Shown here one piece after another: positions 63,124 to 64,000 of a stretch of 64,000 nucleotides of DNA. Source of the stretch: Pseudomonadota bacterium (GTDB taxonomy: Bacteria > Myxococcota > JACRCW01 > JAFGSX01); NCBI GenBank assembly GCA_043821645.1, contig JBDRCO010000070.1, positions 32,001 through 96,000 on the forward strand, given 5' to 3'. The notes beneath the pieces are model-generated. The model did no database searches, was not told where the DNA came from, and worked only from the letters and a program-made list of their open reading frames with translations. How positions within the stretch are numbered: the stretch's first letter is position 1; each line of letters opens with the position of its first letter. The position numbers and the translations under genes are program-made.

Positions 63124-64000
63124 TCAGAATCCCATGGCGTTGAAGATGAACGGATAGGTCACCACCACCGTGCCCCCGCGCGGCGCCGGGAACTTCCAGC
63201 CCTTGATGCTCCCGATCATGCACTGCACCGCCGTCGCGCTCTTGAGTGTCGACGTCGTGGTCTTGACGATCTGCACGCTGCCGTTGAGGCCGATGGTCCA
63301 CTCGAACACGACCTTGCCCGACAGCGAGTTGTTCTTGAGCAGCTCCTTCTCGTAGCAGAACTGGATCTGCCCCAGGCCCTTGTTGACGACCTTCTGGATC
63401 TCGGCGCGGTCGAGGTAGCCCGTGCCGGCGGTCTTGGACGCCCGCGAGGCCTTGACCAGCTTGCCACGCACACCACCTGTCTTGAGTTTGGACAGGGTTC
63501 CCGGGCCGCCGCCACCCTCGCGCAGGATCGAGGCCAGGCCCTTGGTGGAGACCCCGCCTCCGGAGCCACCGATCTGCACCCGGTTGGTCGGCCCCTTGCC
63601 GATGAGGCCCGACACCTTGTAGCTGGAGCCACCACCCGGTACCTTGACCGCGTCGAGGTTGCTCACCGCGGCGGTCAGGGTCTGGCTTCCGGCCGGACCG
63701 GACATCTTGGGGATCTTGCCCAGGGCGGCCATGATGCCAGGCTTCTTGTTGGCCACGTTGGCATTGGTCGGACGCGGCGTACGCTGCGGCTTCTCGGGCT
63801 TGATCTCCTCGGGTGGCGCCTCCTCGACGACTTCCTCGTCGGGAGGAGGCTCCTCCTCGGGAGGCTTCTCGAGCTCGAGTTCCTTCTGCTCCAGCTGCAC
63901 GAAGCGATCTTCCTCGAGCTGAGTCACCAGCTGCCCGGGAGCCAGCAGACCGATGATGAAGGCCACCAGCAGCACCGTCAGATGGGTCGCGCCCGAGGAC
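63124..64000 (-). CDS. AgmX/PglI C-terminal (TonB-like) domain protein, GltG/NfsG-like, 5' end beyond window
   Basis: TM with His, E/P-rich linker, IQFCYEKEL...GKVVFEWTI...C...WKFPAPRGG.V.VTYPFIF. Confidence 0.82.
   Translation of the reverse strand, partial: SSGATHLTVLLVAFIIGLLAPGQLVTQLEEDRFVQLEQKELELEKPPEEEPPPDEEVVEEAPPEEIKPEKPQRTPRPTNANVANKKPGIMAALGKIPKMSGPAGSQTLTAAVSNLDAVKVPGGGSSYKVSGLIGKGPTNRVQIGGSGGGVSTKGLASILREGGGGPGTLSKLKTGGVRGKLVKASRASKTAGTGYLDRAEIQKVVNKGLGQIQFCYEKELLKNNSLSGKVVFEWTIGLNGSVQIVKTTTSTLKSATAVQCMIGSIKGWKFPAPRGGTVVVTYPFIFNAMGF

Overview
This 64 kb window is very GC-rich, gene-dense chromosomal DNA that looks myxobacterial (Myxococcota-like): it has a MYXO-CTERM-type tail, a Glt/Nfs-like cluster, a TraB-like OmpA protein and many Cys-rich lipoproteins. 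I can support about 49 CDS. Housekeeping genes are accA-hisC-cmk, a tdk/upp-like/hpt salvage operon, nuoJKLMN, hppA, pssA and lhr. The most notable accessory features are: (i) a COG2403-type ATP-dependent ligase coupled to an ornithine carbamoyltransferase, likely an arginine-synthetase (ArcE) module; (ii) a stand-alone SctV type III export gate with no other T3SS genes nearby; (iii) a tandem LOG protein with a disordered, effector-like N-terminus; (iv) a rearranged Glt/Nfs-like envelope machine at the right edge; (v) a plant-type LRR lipoprotein; (vi) a surface-anchored atypical amidase with a beta-propeller partner; (vii) a structured leader upstream of a probable Na+-pumping pyrophosphatase. 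I recognised no rRNA, tRNA, CRISPR array, integrase or transposase. All calls come from reading motifs by eye and no database searches were run. Start codons are my best choice from RBS position and gene overlap.
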